Under the pieces are notes generated by a model. The model was not told the origin of the DNA, made no database searches, and was given only the letters and a program-made list of their open reading frames with translations. Below, piece by piece: positions 10,651 to 19,855 of a stretch of 64,000 nucleotides of DNA. Position numbers and translations under genes: made by a program. The DNA comes from an uncultured Thermoleophilaceae bacterium (GTDB lineage Bacteria > Actinomycetota > Thermoleophilia > Solirubrobacterales > Thermoleophilaceae): assembly GCA_963803085.1 (NCBI GenBank), contig CAWDLE010000033.1, positions 71,597-135,596 of the forward strand, read 5' to 3'. Every line of letters begins with the position of its first letter. Within the stretch, counting starts at the first letter, position 1.

Positions 10651-11739
10651 TCAGTCCTTCAGGAATGACGGAACGTCGATGTCGTCGTCCGAGATCTCGA
10701 GCGAGGCGCGCTGGCGCTCGTCGAGGGACACGTCGCGGCGTCTCGGCTCGCGCCGGCGACCGGTGGAGTCCTCCTCGAACAGCGGCGTGCGACTCGGCCG
10801 CTCGAAGCCCGTGGCGATCACGGTCACTCGGACGGAGTCGGCGAGCGTGTCGTCCACGACCGCGCCGAAGATGATGTTCGAGTTCTGGTCGGCGGCGCTC
10901 TGGATGATCTCGGCCGCCTCGTTCACCTCGAAGAGGCCGAGGTCGGTGCCGCCGGTGATGTTGAGGAGGATGCCCGTGGCGCCCTCGACCGACTGCTCGA
11001 GCAGCGGGCTCGACACGGCGTTCTTCGCAGCCTCGGCCGCCCGGTTCTCGCCGGACGCCTCGCCGATGCCCATGAGCGCCGAGCCGGCGTCCTCCATGAT
11101 CGTGCGCACGTCGGCGAAGTCGAGGTTGATGAGGCCGGGCGTGGTGATCAGGTCGGTGATGCCCTGCACGCCCTGGCCGAGGACGGCGTCGGCCTCACGG
11201 AAGGCGTCGAGGATGCTCGTGCGGCGCTCGACGACGGCGAGCAGCTTCTCGTTCGGGATCACGATCATCGTGTCCACCTGCTCGCGGAGGCGGTCGATGC
11301 CCTCCACGGCCTGGCGCATGCGCTGCGTGCCCTCGAAGTCGAACGGCTTCGTCACGACGCCGACGGTGAGCGCGCCTACCTCCTGCTTGGAGACCTCAGC
11401 GATCACCGGCGCGGCGCCCGTGCCGGTGCCGCCGCCCTCGCCCGCTGTCACGAAGACCATGTCCGCGCCCTTCAGCGCCTCCTTGATCTCGTCGCGGCTC
11501 TCGTTGGCCGCGCCGTAGCCGACGTCCGGGTTCGCGCCCGCGCCAAGGCCGCGCGTGAGCTGATCGCCGATCTGAAGCTTGATGTCGGCGTCGCACATCT
11601 GGAGCGCCTGGGCGTCCGTGTTCACGGCGATGAATTCGACGCCCTTGAGGCCCTGGTCCACCATGCGGTTGACGGCGTTTGTTCCGCCGCCACCGATGCC
11701 GACGACCTTGATGACCGCCAGGTAGCTACCCGTGTCCAT
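10651..11739 (-). CDS. ftsZ: cell division protein FtsZ
   Basis: 362 aa with [15 protein letters not shown] and the tubulin signature [13 protein letters not shown]. Confidence 0.97.
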   Translation of the reverse strand: MDTGSYLAVIKVVGIGGGGTNAVNRMVDQGLKGVEFIAVNTDAQALQMCDADIKLQIGDQLTRGLGAGANPDVGYGAANESRDEIKEALKGADMVFVTAGEGGGTGTGAAPVIAEVSKQEVGALTVGVVTKPFDFEGTQRMRQAVEGIDRLREQVDTMIVIPNEKLLAVVERRTSILDAFREADAVLGQGVQGITDLITTPGLINLDFADVRTIMEDAGSALMGIGEASGENRAAEAAKNAVSSPLLEQSVEGATGILLNITGGTDLGLFEVNEAAEIIQSAADQNSNIIFGAVVDDTLADSVRVTVIATGFERPSRTPLFEEDSTGRRREPRRRDVSLDERQRASLEISDDDIDVPSFLKD

Positions 11740-11812
11740 GTCTGAAGTGGTGCCTCTCTACCGTCCGAAGCTCAAGCAAGAGTGGAGGGTTTCCTTCTCC
11801 CGCAAACACCGC

Positions 11813-11842
11813 ACTGTAGGCGGAGTTCCCGGCAAGTGTCAA
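11813..11842 (-). promoter_or_regulatory. candidate sigma-A type promoter for ftsZ
   Basis: The minus strand reads TTGACA-N18-TACAGT (-35 at 11837-11842, -10 at 11813-11818), about 75 nt upstream of the ftsZ ATG, in the 183-nt ftsQ-ftsZ gap. Confidence 0.45.
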
Positions 11843-11922
11843 TCGTCCTCGCAAGAAATCGTGCAGGCAGACACTCTAGTGCTGGTCGAGAGTTGCCCTG
11901 AAGCTCAACCAGCGGGTGAGGG

Positions 11923-13020
11923 TTATCCAGGTGGCGGCGAGACCCCTCCAGCCCCGGTGGAATCAGTGGGCGCGGGCGCTGGTTGGGTCTCTGTCGGGGC
12001 GGCCTGCGTTGAGGGCGGGACCTCTGTTGCGGGCGCCGTGCCGTCGGCGGTCGTGGGGGCCGGCGAAAGCTGTTCGGTGGCCGGATCGCCCCCGGAAGCG
12101 GTCGGTGCGGTGCCCATCGGCGCGGCGAGGTCCGCACTCCCGGCAGGGGCGACGGGAGCCACCGTCTCGGCGGGGAGGCCACCCGCCGCCGGCCGCCCGG
12201 GGAGCCGCACGTCGATGTAGCTCGCGCCGGCGGCCTCTGGGTCGGCGAGGATTCGCACTGCGGCGATCCACTTGGCGCGTACCCGTGTGCCGTTGCCGAA
12301 ATAGAGCTCGGGGCCGTCGCGCAGCTCGACCACGATGCCCTCCTCCGGGCGGATGACGATTCGATCGAGGCGTCCCCGCAGCGGAGCCGGCGCCCCGCCC
12401 GCCACGTGGGCCGCGCGGAGACTTGCCGGATCCGACAGGCGGTTGCCGTCGAGCTTCCCGCGCACGTCCAGCTCGGGAAGCCTCCCCTCCACCGGAAGGC
12501 CGCGCAGGATCGTGCCGTCGCCCGCCACCGGGAGACCGCCGACAATCGCCGCGGGCCGATGCTCGATCACCCGGATGTCGAGGCGGTGCGGGAAGTCGGC
12601 CTCCACGTGGAGCGCGCGGACCACCGGGTACGCGGCGATCGCATCCTCGAGCTCGGCCTGGTCCACGTGCAAAGTGGTCATGGTGTGAGCGGCCGCCACG
12701 AGCGAGGCGCGCACGCGCGAGGCGTCCTTGGTCGTGAGACCGCTGACCTTCACGTCCTCCACGGCCACGAGCGTGGAGTCCCGCAGCCAGAACTGGAAGC
12801 CCGCGGCGAGCGCGAGGCATGCGGCGAGCGCCATGAAGACCCGGCGCCGCATCCGCGGTGGCAGAAAGCGCAGTGTGAGGGTCCGCAGCGCGAAGGCCGT
12901 GAGCGCCCCGGAGCGCCCATTGCGCGTCCGGGCACGGCGGGCCTTGCCGCGCCCGCCTGCGGGCGGCTTGCGGCGCTTGCCAGCCGGCCGCCGCCCCGCG
13001 ACCGCCTGGCCGCCGCTCAC
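11923..13020 (-). CDS. ftsQ: cell division protein FtsQ (POTRA domain) with a Pro/Thr/Ala-rich C-terminal tail
   Basis: Basic N-terminus, one TM segment (FMALAACLALAAGFQFWL), a POTRA-like segment (VEDVKVSGL) and position between murB and ftsZ. The start is taken as GTG 13020 (GTGA overlap with the murB stop); the track ORF starts at 13035. Confidence 0.8.
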   Translation of the reverse strand: MSGGQAVAGRRPAGKRRKPPAGGRGKARRARTRNGRSGALTAFALRTLTLRFLPPRMRRRVFMALAACLALAAGFQFWLRDSTLVAVEDVKVSGLTTKDASRVRASLVAAAHTMTTLHVDQAELEDAIAAYPVVRALHVEADFPHRLDIRVIEHRPAAIVGGLPVAGDGTILRGLPVEGRLPELDVRGKLDGNRLSDPASLRAAHVAGGAPAPLRGRLDRIVIRPEEGIVVELRDGPELYFGNGTRVRAKWIAAVRILADPEAAGASYIDVRLPGRPAAGGLPAETVAPVAPAGSADLAAPMGTAPTASGGDPATEQLSPAPTTADGTAPATEVPPSTQAAPTETQPAPAPTDSTGAGGVSPPPG

Positions 13021-13934
13021 GCTGGCTCGCCCCACAGCGGCGTGGCGTCCACCTCGCCCAGGAACTGGACCTCGGGCTGGAGCTCCACGCCGAAGCGCTC
13101 GCGCACCCGACGGCGACCCTCGCCCATCAGCGCGATCACATCGGCCGTGGTGGCCTCGCCCATGTTCTCCACGAAGTTCGCGTGCTTCTCCGAGAAGCGT
13201 GCGCCGCCGACGGTGAGGCCGCGACAGCCGGCCTCGTCGAGCAGCACGCCGGCGCTGCGGCCCTCCGCGCGGGGATCGTCCGGGTTCTTGAAGGTCGAGC
13301 CGAAGGTCTTGATGCCGGAGGGCTGCGCGGCCCTGCGCGAGGCGCGCATGTCGGCGAGCGTGGCCTTCACCGTTTCCGGCGCCGCCGGGCTGAGCGCGAA
13401 CGAGGCGCGGGCGACGATCTCGCGGTCGGCGAGATTCGAGCGGCGGTAGCTGAAACCGAGCTCGTCGGGAGCGCGGCGCTCGGTCCCGGTGGCGGTGGTG
13501 ACCTCCACCCAGTCGAGCACGCGTGCGAGGTCTCCGCCGTAAGCGTTCGCGTTCATCTTCACGGCGCCGCCGACGGTCCCGGGGATGTTCACCCCGAACT
13601 CGAGCCCGCTGAGCCCCGCCCGAGCCGCGAAGGCCGCGGCCTGCGGGAGCCGTGCGCCGCCGCCGCAGAGCAGGCGCTGCCCATCCTGCTCAATCGTTGC
13701 AAGCGAGCCGTCAAGCTTCACGACAAGTCCTCGGAACCCTTCATCCGCTACGAGGAGGTTCGAGCCGGACCCGACCACTCCTACCTGGACCCTCTCCGCG
13801 GTTGCCCAGGCGAGCAGCTCGGCGAGGCCGTCCGGCGAATCCGGGCGGGCGAAGAAGTCGCCGTGGCCGCCCGTCCGGATAGTCGTGAGGCGGGCGAGCG
13901 GGTAGTCGGCCTCGACGCCTGGCGGGGTGCTCAT
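13017..13934 (-). CDS. murB: UDP-N-acetylenolpyruvoylglucosamine reductase
   Basis: 305 aa with a MurB FAD-binding domain (GGHGDFF, VVGSGSNLLV) and a C-terminal MurB domain. Confidence 0.93.
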   Translation of the reverse strand: MSTPPGVEADYPLARLTTIRTGGHGDFFARPDSPDGLAELLAWATAERVQVGVVGSGSNLLVADEGFRGLVVKLDGSLATIEQDGQRLLCGGGARLPQAAAFAARAGLSGLEFGVNIPGTVGGAVKMNANAYGGDLARVLDWVEVTTATGTERRAPDELGFSYRRSNLADREIVARASFALSPAAPETVKATLADMRASRRAAQPSGIKTFGSTFKNPDDPRAEGRSAGVLLDEAGCRGLTVGGARFSEKHANFVENMGEATTADVIALMGEGRRRVRERFGVELQPEVQFLGEVDATPLWGEPA

Positions 13935-15262
13935 GCCACCAGCCTTCGGGCGAGCTCATCCACGTCTCCGGCGCCGAGCGTGAGCAGGAGGTCTCCCTCG
14001 GTCAGCTCGCCCTGAAGGCTGCGCTCGGCGTCCTCGAGGCGCGGCATCCACCAGACCGGGCGGCCTCCTGCCGCATCCGCCGCCGCCTGGGCGACGAGGT
14101 AGCCGCTCACGTCGGGGAAGTCCTCGGGCCGTTCGCGTGCGCGATAGACGTCGAGCACGACGACGAGATCAGCGAGTGCGAGGGCGCGGCCGAAGTCGCG
14201 GGCGAGCATCCGCGTGCGCGAGTAGAGATGCGGCTGGAAGGCGGCCACCAGGCGGCGCGGCTCGAGCGTGCGCGCGGCCTCGAGCGTGGCGCGCACCTCG
14301 GTCGGGTGGTGGGCGTAGTCGTCGTACACGAGTGCGCCCCGTGGCGTTCGGCCGTGCTCCTCGAAGCGGCGGCCGGCGCCGGTGAACTTGGCGAGGCCGG
14401 GCGCGGCCTCCTCGATCGGCACGCCCGCGGCGTCGAGCGCCGCCAGCGCCGCTAGGGCATTGAGGACGTTGTGCTCGCCGGGTACCTGGAGCTCGACCTC
14501 CACCCCCTTTACCGCGAATCGTGAGCCGCCCGGTGTGAGGGTCAGCTGCTTCGCGTCCTCGATGCCGAAGCGGACCGCCTCGTCCTCGCCCCCAAGCTCC
14601 ACACCCGGCCCGAGGACCCGTACTGCGGCCGGCGCCACAAACTCCTCGAACGCCTTCTCCAGCTCGCCGAGGTTCACGTAGGTGGCGTGGTGGTCCAGCT
14701 CGATGTTCGTGACCACCGCGACATCGCGACCGAGCGCCAAGAACGAGCGGTCCGACTCGTCGGCCTCGATCACGGCCCACTCCCCCGTTCCCCACGCCGC
14801 ATTGGTGCCGGCCGCGCGGACCTCTCCGCCGATCAGAAACGCGGGCTCCCGGCCCGCCTCGAGGAGCGCCAGTGCCGCCATCGACGCGCTGGTGGTCTTC
14901 CCGTGCGTGCCGCCGACGGCGATCGTCCGCTTCATCCGCGACAGCTCGCCCAGGAGCTCGCCGCGGTGGAGGACGGTGGCGCCGGCGGCGCGCGCAGCCG
15001 CGAGCTCTGGGTTGTCCTCCGGGATCGCCGTGGAGACAACGACCTCGGCGCCCTCTGGGAGGTTGGCGGCGTCGTGGCCGATGACGGGGTAGATGCCGGC
15101 GTCTCTGAGCTGGGTGCAGTAGCTCGACTCCGCCTGGTCAGAGCCCGTGACGCTCGCCCCCAGCTCGCGCGCGACCAGCGCCAGCCCGCTCATGCCCGCG
15201 CCGCCGATCCCGATGAAGTGGAGGGCGCGGCCGGAAAACGGCGCATTGAGGGGGTCGGCCAT
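13931..15262 (-). CDS. murC: UDP-N-acetylmuramate--L-alanine ligase
   Basis: HFIGIGGAGMSGLA and GGTHGKTTSA are present. The start is taken at MADPLNAP (ATG 15262); the track ORF extends to 15493 with an Arg-rich, non-homologous extension. Confidence 0.92.
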   Translation of the reverse strand: MADPLNAPFSGRALHFIGIGGAGMSGLALVARELGASVTGSDQAESSYCTQLRDAGIYPVIGHDAANLPEGAEVVVSTAIPEDNPELAAARAAGATVLHRGELLGELSRMKRTIAVGGTHGKTTSASMAALALLEAGREPAFLIGGEVRAAGTNAAWGTGEWAVIEADESDRSFLALGRDVAVVTNIELDHHATYVNLGELEKAFEEFVAPAAVRVLGPGVELGGEDEAVRFGIEDAKQLTLTPGGSRFAVKGVEVELQVPGEHNVLNALAALAALDAAGVPIEEAAPGLAKFTGAGRRFEEHGRTPRGALVYDDYAHHPTEVRATLEAARTLEPRRLVAAFQPHLYSRTRMLARDFGRALALADLVVVLDVYRARERPEDFPDVSGYLVAQAAADAAGGRPVWWMPRLEDAERSLQGELTEGDLLLTLGAGDVDELARRLVA

Positions 15263-15362
15263 GGCCGCCTGACGATAAGCGACCGCCCCGCCGGACCGAC
15301 CATACTGCCTAGTGGACCGTATAGGTACCCCAGGCAGTACGGTCGACGTGGCGGGCTCCCCT

Positions 15363-16451
15363 TTAATGCTTGTCGTTCGTCGCGAGCCCGAGCAACTCAT
15401 CGGCGATCCGGTCCGCCGCGTCCGGGCGCGCCACCGCCGTCGCGGCCTGCGCCATCGCCGCCGTTCGCTGTGGGGCTCCGAGCAGCGCGGCAACCTCGCG
15501 GGCCAGCCGGGGGCCGTCGAGCTCGCTATCGGGGATCACCAACGCGGCGCCGGCCTTCTCCATGAAGCGCGCGTTGGCCGTTTGGTGGTCCGCCGTTGCG
15601 TACGGATAGGGCACGAGGATCGCCGGTAGCCCGGCCGCAGCCAGCTCGAAGACCGAGCCGCCCGCGCGGGCGACCGCGATGTCCGCGGCGGCCAGGGCGT
15701 CCGCGAAGGGCTCGATGAAGCGGAACAGCCGGTAGTGCTGCGGCGACCCGAGCTCGTCGAGCCGGCGGCGCAGGTCCGCGTAGTCGCGCTCGCCCGCCGC
15801 GTGAACGATTGCGCCGGGCGCCCCGGAGCCGAACGCGTCCATCGCCGCGTCGTTCAACCGCCGAGCACCGAGGGAGCCGCCGAAGACGAGCACGCACGGA
15901 ACATCCGGCGCAACGCCCAGGAGAGCCCGCGCAACCTCGCGATCACCCCTGTCGGTGCCCGCTGGAACCGGACGCCCGGTCACGAGGTATTTCGAGCCGC
16001 CGCGGCCCTCCAGCGGAAACGCCAGAAACACCCGCCGCGCAACCGGAGCGAGCAGCCGGTTCGTGAGCCCGAGGTGGCTGTCGGCCTCAGTCAACGCCAG
16101 CGGCAGCCGCAGCGTCCGGGCCGCGAGCCCCACCGGCCCCGCGACGTAGCCCCCGCCGCCGAGCACCACGTCAGCGCCGATGCCCCGCAGCAGACGCCGG
16201 GCCCGCCCGGTGGCGCGCGCAGCCAGCAGAACCGCCCGGGCGGCCCGCAACGGGTTCTGACGGTCGATCCCCGCCACCCGCAGGCGGTGGAGCCGATAGC
16301 CGGCGGCCGGCACCAGCTCGGCTTCCGCCCGCTCGCCACCGATGAACTCGACGCGCGCCCCGCGCGCCCGGAGCGCGTCAGCGACCGCGAGTGCCGGCAC
16401 GACGTGTCCCGCCGTGCCTCCGGCGGCGATCACGATCGTTGGCATCGCCAC
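15363..16451 (-). CDS. murG: undecaprenyldiphospho-muramoylpentapeptide beta-N-acetylglucosaminyltransferase
   Basis: 362 aa with the GGTAGHVVPALAV motif. Confidence 0.93.
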   Translation of the reverse strand: MAMPTIVIAAGGTAGHVVPALAVADALRARGARVEFIGGERAEAELVPAAGYRLHRLRVAGIDRQNPLRAARAVLLAARATGRARRLLRGIGADVVLGGGGYVAGPVGLAARTLRLPLALTEADSHLGLTNRLLAPVARRVFLAFPLEGRGGSKYLVTGRPVPAGTDRGDREVARALLGVAPDVPCVLVFGGSLGARRLNDAAMDAFGSGAPGAIVHAAGERDYADLRRRLDELGSPQHYRLFRFIEPFADALAAADIAVARAGGSVFELAAAGLPAILVPYPYATADHQTANARFMEKAGAALVIPDSELDGPRLAREVAALLGAPQRTAAMAQAATAVARPDAADRIADELLGLATNDKH

Positions 16452-17616
16452 CCCCGTCGATCGCGCGCAGCTCGGGGCGCTCGCCCGCCAGCTCTGGCTT
16501 GCCGGCCCGCTTCGCGCGGCCGCCCGTGGCCGCCACGTTCAGCAGCAGGCCCATCGCGCCCATCAGCACCACGAGGTTGCTGGCGCCGTACGAGATGAAC
16601 GGCAGCGGCACGCCGGTGAGCGGCATTAGCCCGAGCACCGCGAAGAAGTTGAGCGTGGCCTGGCAGAGAATCAGCGACGTGATGCCCGCGGCGAGCAGCT
16701 TCGCGTAGCGGTCGGCCGCGAGCTTCGCGGTGCGCAGCCCGGCGTATCCGATCATCCCGTAGAGGGAGATCAGGCCGAGGATCCCGAACAGCCCGAGCTC
16801 CTCGCCGATGATGGCCAGGATCATGTCCGTGTGGGCCTCGGGCAGGTAGAAGATCTTCTGCACCGACTCGCCGAGGCCCACCCCGAAGAAGCCACCCGAG
16901 CCGATCGCCGTGAGCGCCTGGACCGACTGGAAGCCGCTGTCGCCGGCGTCGGCGAACGGGTCGATGAACGAGAACAGCCGCTCGCGCCGGTACGGCTCCG
17001 CGATCGCCAGCACGGTGGCGAGGAAGAGGAGGACGCCGCCGATCAGCGCGATGTTGCGCATCGGCACGCCGGCGGCCACCAGCAGTGCGCCGATCGAGAA
17101 GCAGATCACCATCGTGGTGCCCATGTCGGGCTGCTTCATCAGCAGGGCGCACGCCGCGCCCACCACGAGCAGCAGCGGCTTGGTGAGCGTCCCGACGCTC
17201 TGCGTGCACTGCGGCCGTGACGCCAGCAGCTGCGCCGCGTACAGCACGAGCGCCACCTTCAGCAGCTCGGAGGGCTGGAACTGGAGTGGCCCCGCCCCGA
17301 GCCAGCGGGTGGCGCCGTTGACCGTCACTCCCACGCCGGGGAGCATCACGGCGACCGTGAGCACGAACGAGGACATCAGGAGGACCGGCGTGAGCCCGCG
17401 GATCACCCTGAGGCCGTGACGCGACGCCAGCTGCAGAATCACCATCCCGGCCAGCGCGAACATCACGTAGCGCTTCAGGTAGTAGGACGCATCTCCGGGG
17501 CCGGAGAGGAGCGACTCCGCCGAGCTTGCCGAGTACACCATCACCGCTCCTCCCGCGAGCAGGCAGAGCGTGGCGGTGTAGAGGATCGAGTACTCGACCG
17601 GGCGCTTCCGGGGCAT
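16378..17616 (-). CDS. ftsW: SEDS family peptidoglycan glycosyltransferase FtsW
   Basis: 412 aa, multi-pass membrane protein with FtsW/RodA-type motifs (QPSELLK, PDMGT). Its basic C-terminal tail overlaps murG by 74 nt. Confidence 0.9.
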   Translation of the reverse strand: MPRKRPVEYSILYTATLCLLAGGAVMVYSASSAESLLSGPGDASYYLKRYVMFALAGMVILQLASRHGLRVIRGLTPVLLMSSFVLTVAVMLPGVGVTVNGATRWLGAGPLQFQPSELLKVALVLYAAQLLASRPQCTQSVGTLTKPLLLVVGAACALLMKQPDMGTTMVICFSIGALLVAAGVPMRNIALIGGVLLFLATVLAIAEPYRRERLFSFIDPFADAGDSGFQSVQALTAIGSGGFFGVGLGESVQKIFYLPEAHTDMILAIIGEELGLFGILGLISLYGMIGYAGLRTAKLAADRYAKLLAAGITSLILCQATLNFFAVLGLMPLTGVPLPFISYGASNLVVLMGAMGLLLNVAATGGRAKRAGKPELAGERPELRAIDGGGDANDRDRRRRHGGTRRAGTRGR

Positions 17617-17646
17617 CCAGACGTTTTTCTACGCCCAGCCCCGGAT

Positions 17647-18879
17647 TCATCCCCGCGGGACCAACCTCCTGAAGGCCTCGCCGCGCTCCTCGTAGTCGCG
17701 GAACTGGTCGAAGCTGGCGCAAGCGGGCGACAGGAGGACCACCTCGCCGGGCTCCGCGGCCTCGGTCGCGGCCCTGACAGCGCTCTGCAGGTCGCCCGAT
17801 CGGTGGAGCGGCACCGCCCCCCCGAGGTCCGCTTCCAGCCTCTCGGCCGCCTCGCCGATCAGATACGCAGCCACGCAGCGCGACGCCACCGCGTCGCGCA
17901 GACCCTCGAAGCCGCCGCCCTTGAGACTCCCGCCGAGGATCACGTGCACGCCGCCGTCGAACGCCTCGATCCCACGCACCGCGGAGGAGACGTTCGTGGC
18001 CTTGGAGTCGTTCACGTAGACCACGCCGTTCACCGACCCCACCTCCTCGAGCCGGTGTGGCACTCCGGGGAACGTCCGCAGCGCGGCCGCCACTGCCTCC
18101 TCCGGCACGCCGGAGGCGATCGCAGCCGCGGAGGCGCCCATGGCGTTCTCGAGGTTGTGCGCTCCGCGCAGGCGGATCTCGTCGGGAGGCAACGGGAGCT
18201 CCCCGAACTCGACGCGCCGCGCCACGCCCGGCACCTCCACCCCCGGCGGCACAATCGCCACCTGCTCCGACGTCTGGTTCGCGAACACGCGCAGCTTCGC
18301 CTTGCGGTAGGCCTCGACGGTCCCGTGTCGATCGAGGTGGTCCTCGGTCACGTTCAGCAGCAACGCCGTGTCGGGAGCGAAGGCCTCCGAGTCCTCCGCC
18401 TGGAAGCTTGAGACCTCGCAGACGATGGTCGCCCGGGGATGGACCGCGCCGACGAGGGAGGCCAGCGGCCTTCCCACGTTGCCCGCGACTGCCACCGGCA
18501 GGTCGGCCTCACGCCAGATGGCCCCCAGCAGCTCCGTCGTGGTCGTCTTTCCGTTCGTGCCGGTGACCGCCACGAAGCGGTTCGGCAGCAGCCGCCACGC
18601 CAGCTCGAGCTCGCCGAGCACGGGCAGGCCCTGCTCGCGCGCGGCGACGATCACGGGCGCCTCGTTCGGCACGCCAGGGCTCTTCACGACGCAGGCCGCG
18701 CGCTCGAGCAGCTCCAACCCGTCCACGCCGAGGTGCGCCTCGAGATTGCCGGGCACGTCCGGGCTGCCGGAGTCGGCCCCGATCACCTGACCGTGGCGGG
18801 CAAGCATGCGGGCGGCCGCGATCCCGGAGCGCGCGAGCCCGACCACCAGGTACGGACCCTCGGGGAGGGGCGGCCTCAC
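17647..18879 (-). CDS. murD: UDP-N-acetylmuramoylalanine--D-glutamate ligase
   Basis: VVGLARSGIAAARML and VTGTNGKTTTT are present. The start is taken as GTG 18879 (GTGA overlap with the mraY stop); the track ORF extends spuriously into mraY. Confidence 0.92.
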   Translation of the reverse strand: MRPPLPEGPYLVVGLARSGIAAARMLARHGQVIGADSGSPDVPGNLEAHLGVDGLELLERAACVVKSPGVPNEAPVIVAAREQGLPVLGELELAWRLLPNRFVAVTGTNGKTTTTELLGAIWREADLPVAVAGNVGRPLASLVGAVHPRATIVCEVSSFQAEDSEAFAPDTALLLNVTEDHLDRHGTVEAYRKAKLRVFANQTSEQVAIVPPGVEVPGVARRVEFGELPLPPDEIRLRGAHNLENAMGASAAAIASGVPEEAVAAALRTFPGVPHRLEEVGSVNGVVYVNDSKATNVSSAVRGIEAFDGGVHVILGGSLKGGGFEGLRDAVASRCVAAYLIGEAAERLEADLGGAVPLHRSGDLQSAVRAATEAAEPGEVVLLSPACASFDQFRDYEERGEAFRRLVPRG

Positions 18880-19853
18880 TGGCCTGGGATCGACGCCTGG
18901 TAGAGCGTGAAACCGATCGCCGCGCAGATCGCCGCGACGATCCAGAAGCGCAGGATGATCTTCGTCTCGGACCAGCCGGCCAGTTCGAAGTGGTGGTGGA
19001 TCGGTGCCATCAGGAAGACGCGCCGTCGGAAGCGCTGGAAGGCGATCACCTGGATCCCCACCGACAGGGCCTCGATCACGAAGATTCCGCCGATCACGAT
19101 CAGCAGGAGCTCGGTCTTCGTCACCACGGCCAGCGCGGCGATGGCGCCGCCCAGGCCGAGCGAGCCGGTGTCCCCCATGAACACAGAGGCCGGGAACGAG
19201 TTGAACCACAGGAAGCCCACGCACGCACCCACCAGCGTGGCGCTGAGGAGCGCCAGATCGCCGTAGCCCGGGGTGATGAACGTGATCACCGTGTACGTGA
19301 GGAACACGATCGCGCAGCACCCGGCCGCGAGGCCGTCGAGTCCGTCGGTGAGGTTCACGCCGTTGGTGGCCCCAGCCAGCACCAGGAAGATCAGGAACGG
19401 ATAGACGTAGCCGAGCTCCACCGTGGCATCGACCACGCGCAGCCGCAGCGTGTCGTTCAGATCGACGTACTGGGTCAGGAAGAGCCAGAGCGCGATCGCG
19501 GTCAGCGCTTGGACGAGCAGCTTCACCCTCCCCGACACGCCCAGCGAGCGGCGCTTGCGCAGCTTGATGATGTCGTCGGCGAAGCCGAGCGCGGCCATCG
19601 CGAGGGCCGTCCCGAGAACCGCGAGACTCGTGGCGCGGTAGTCGGACAGGATCAGGAAGGGCACCATGATCGAGAGGAAGATCGCGAGGCCGCCCATCGT
19701 GGGCGTGCCCGCCTTGCCCTGATGGCCGGCCGGACCCTCCTCGCGGATCTGCTGGCCGAACTCCTTGAGGCGCAGGTAGTCGATGAAGCGCGGCCCCAGA
19801 AACATGCAGATCAGCAGGGAAGCCGACCCGGCCATGACGATCTCGCCGAGCAT
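18876..19853 (-). CDS. mraY: phospho-N-acetylmuramoyl-pentapeptide transferase
   Basis: 325 aa, polytopic, with MraY motifs (KxGTPTMGG, NLTDGLDGLA). Confidence 0.95.
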   Translation of the reverse strand: MLGEIVMAGSASLLICMFLGPRFIDYLRLKEFGQQIREEGPAGHQGKAGTPTMGGLAIFLSIMVPFLILSDYRATSLAVLGTALAMAALGFADDIIKLRKRRSLGVSGRVKLLVQALTAIALWLFLTQYVDLNDTLRLRVVDATVELGYVYPFLIFLVLAGATNGVNLTDGLDGLAAGCCAIVFLTYTVITFITPGYGDLALLSATLVGACVGFLWFNSFPASVFMGDTGSLGLGGAIAALAVVTKTELLLIVIGGIFVIEALSVGIQVIAFQRFRRRVFLMAPIHHHFELAGWSETKIILRFWIVAAICAAIGFTLYQASIPGQ

Positions 19854-19855
19854 CC

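Noticed and set aside
16378-16451. Whether the 74-nt ftsW/murG overlap marks another frameshift.
   Set aside because: The FtsW core is complete, and basic C-terminal tails are common in FtsW proteins. I cannot distinguish a real overlap from an indel near the 3' end without reads or orthologs.
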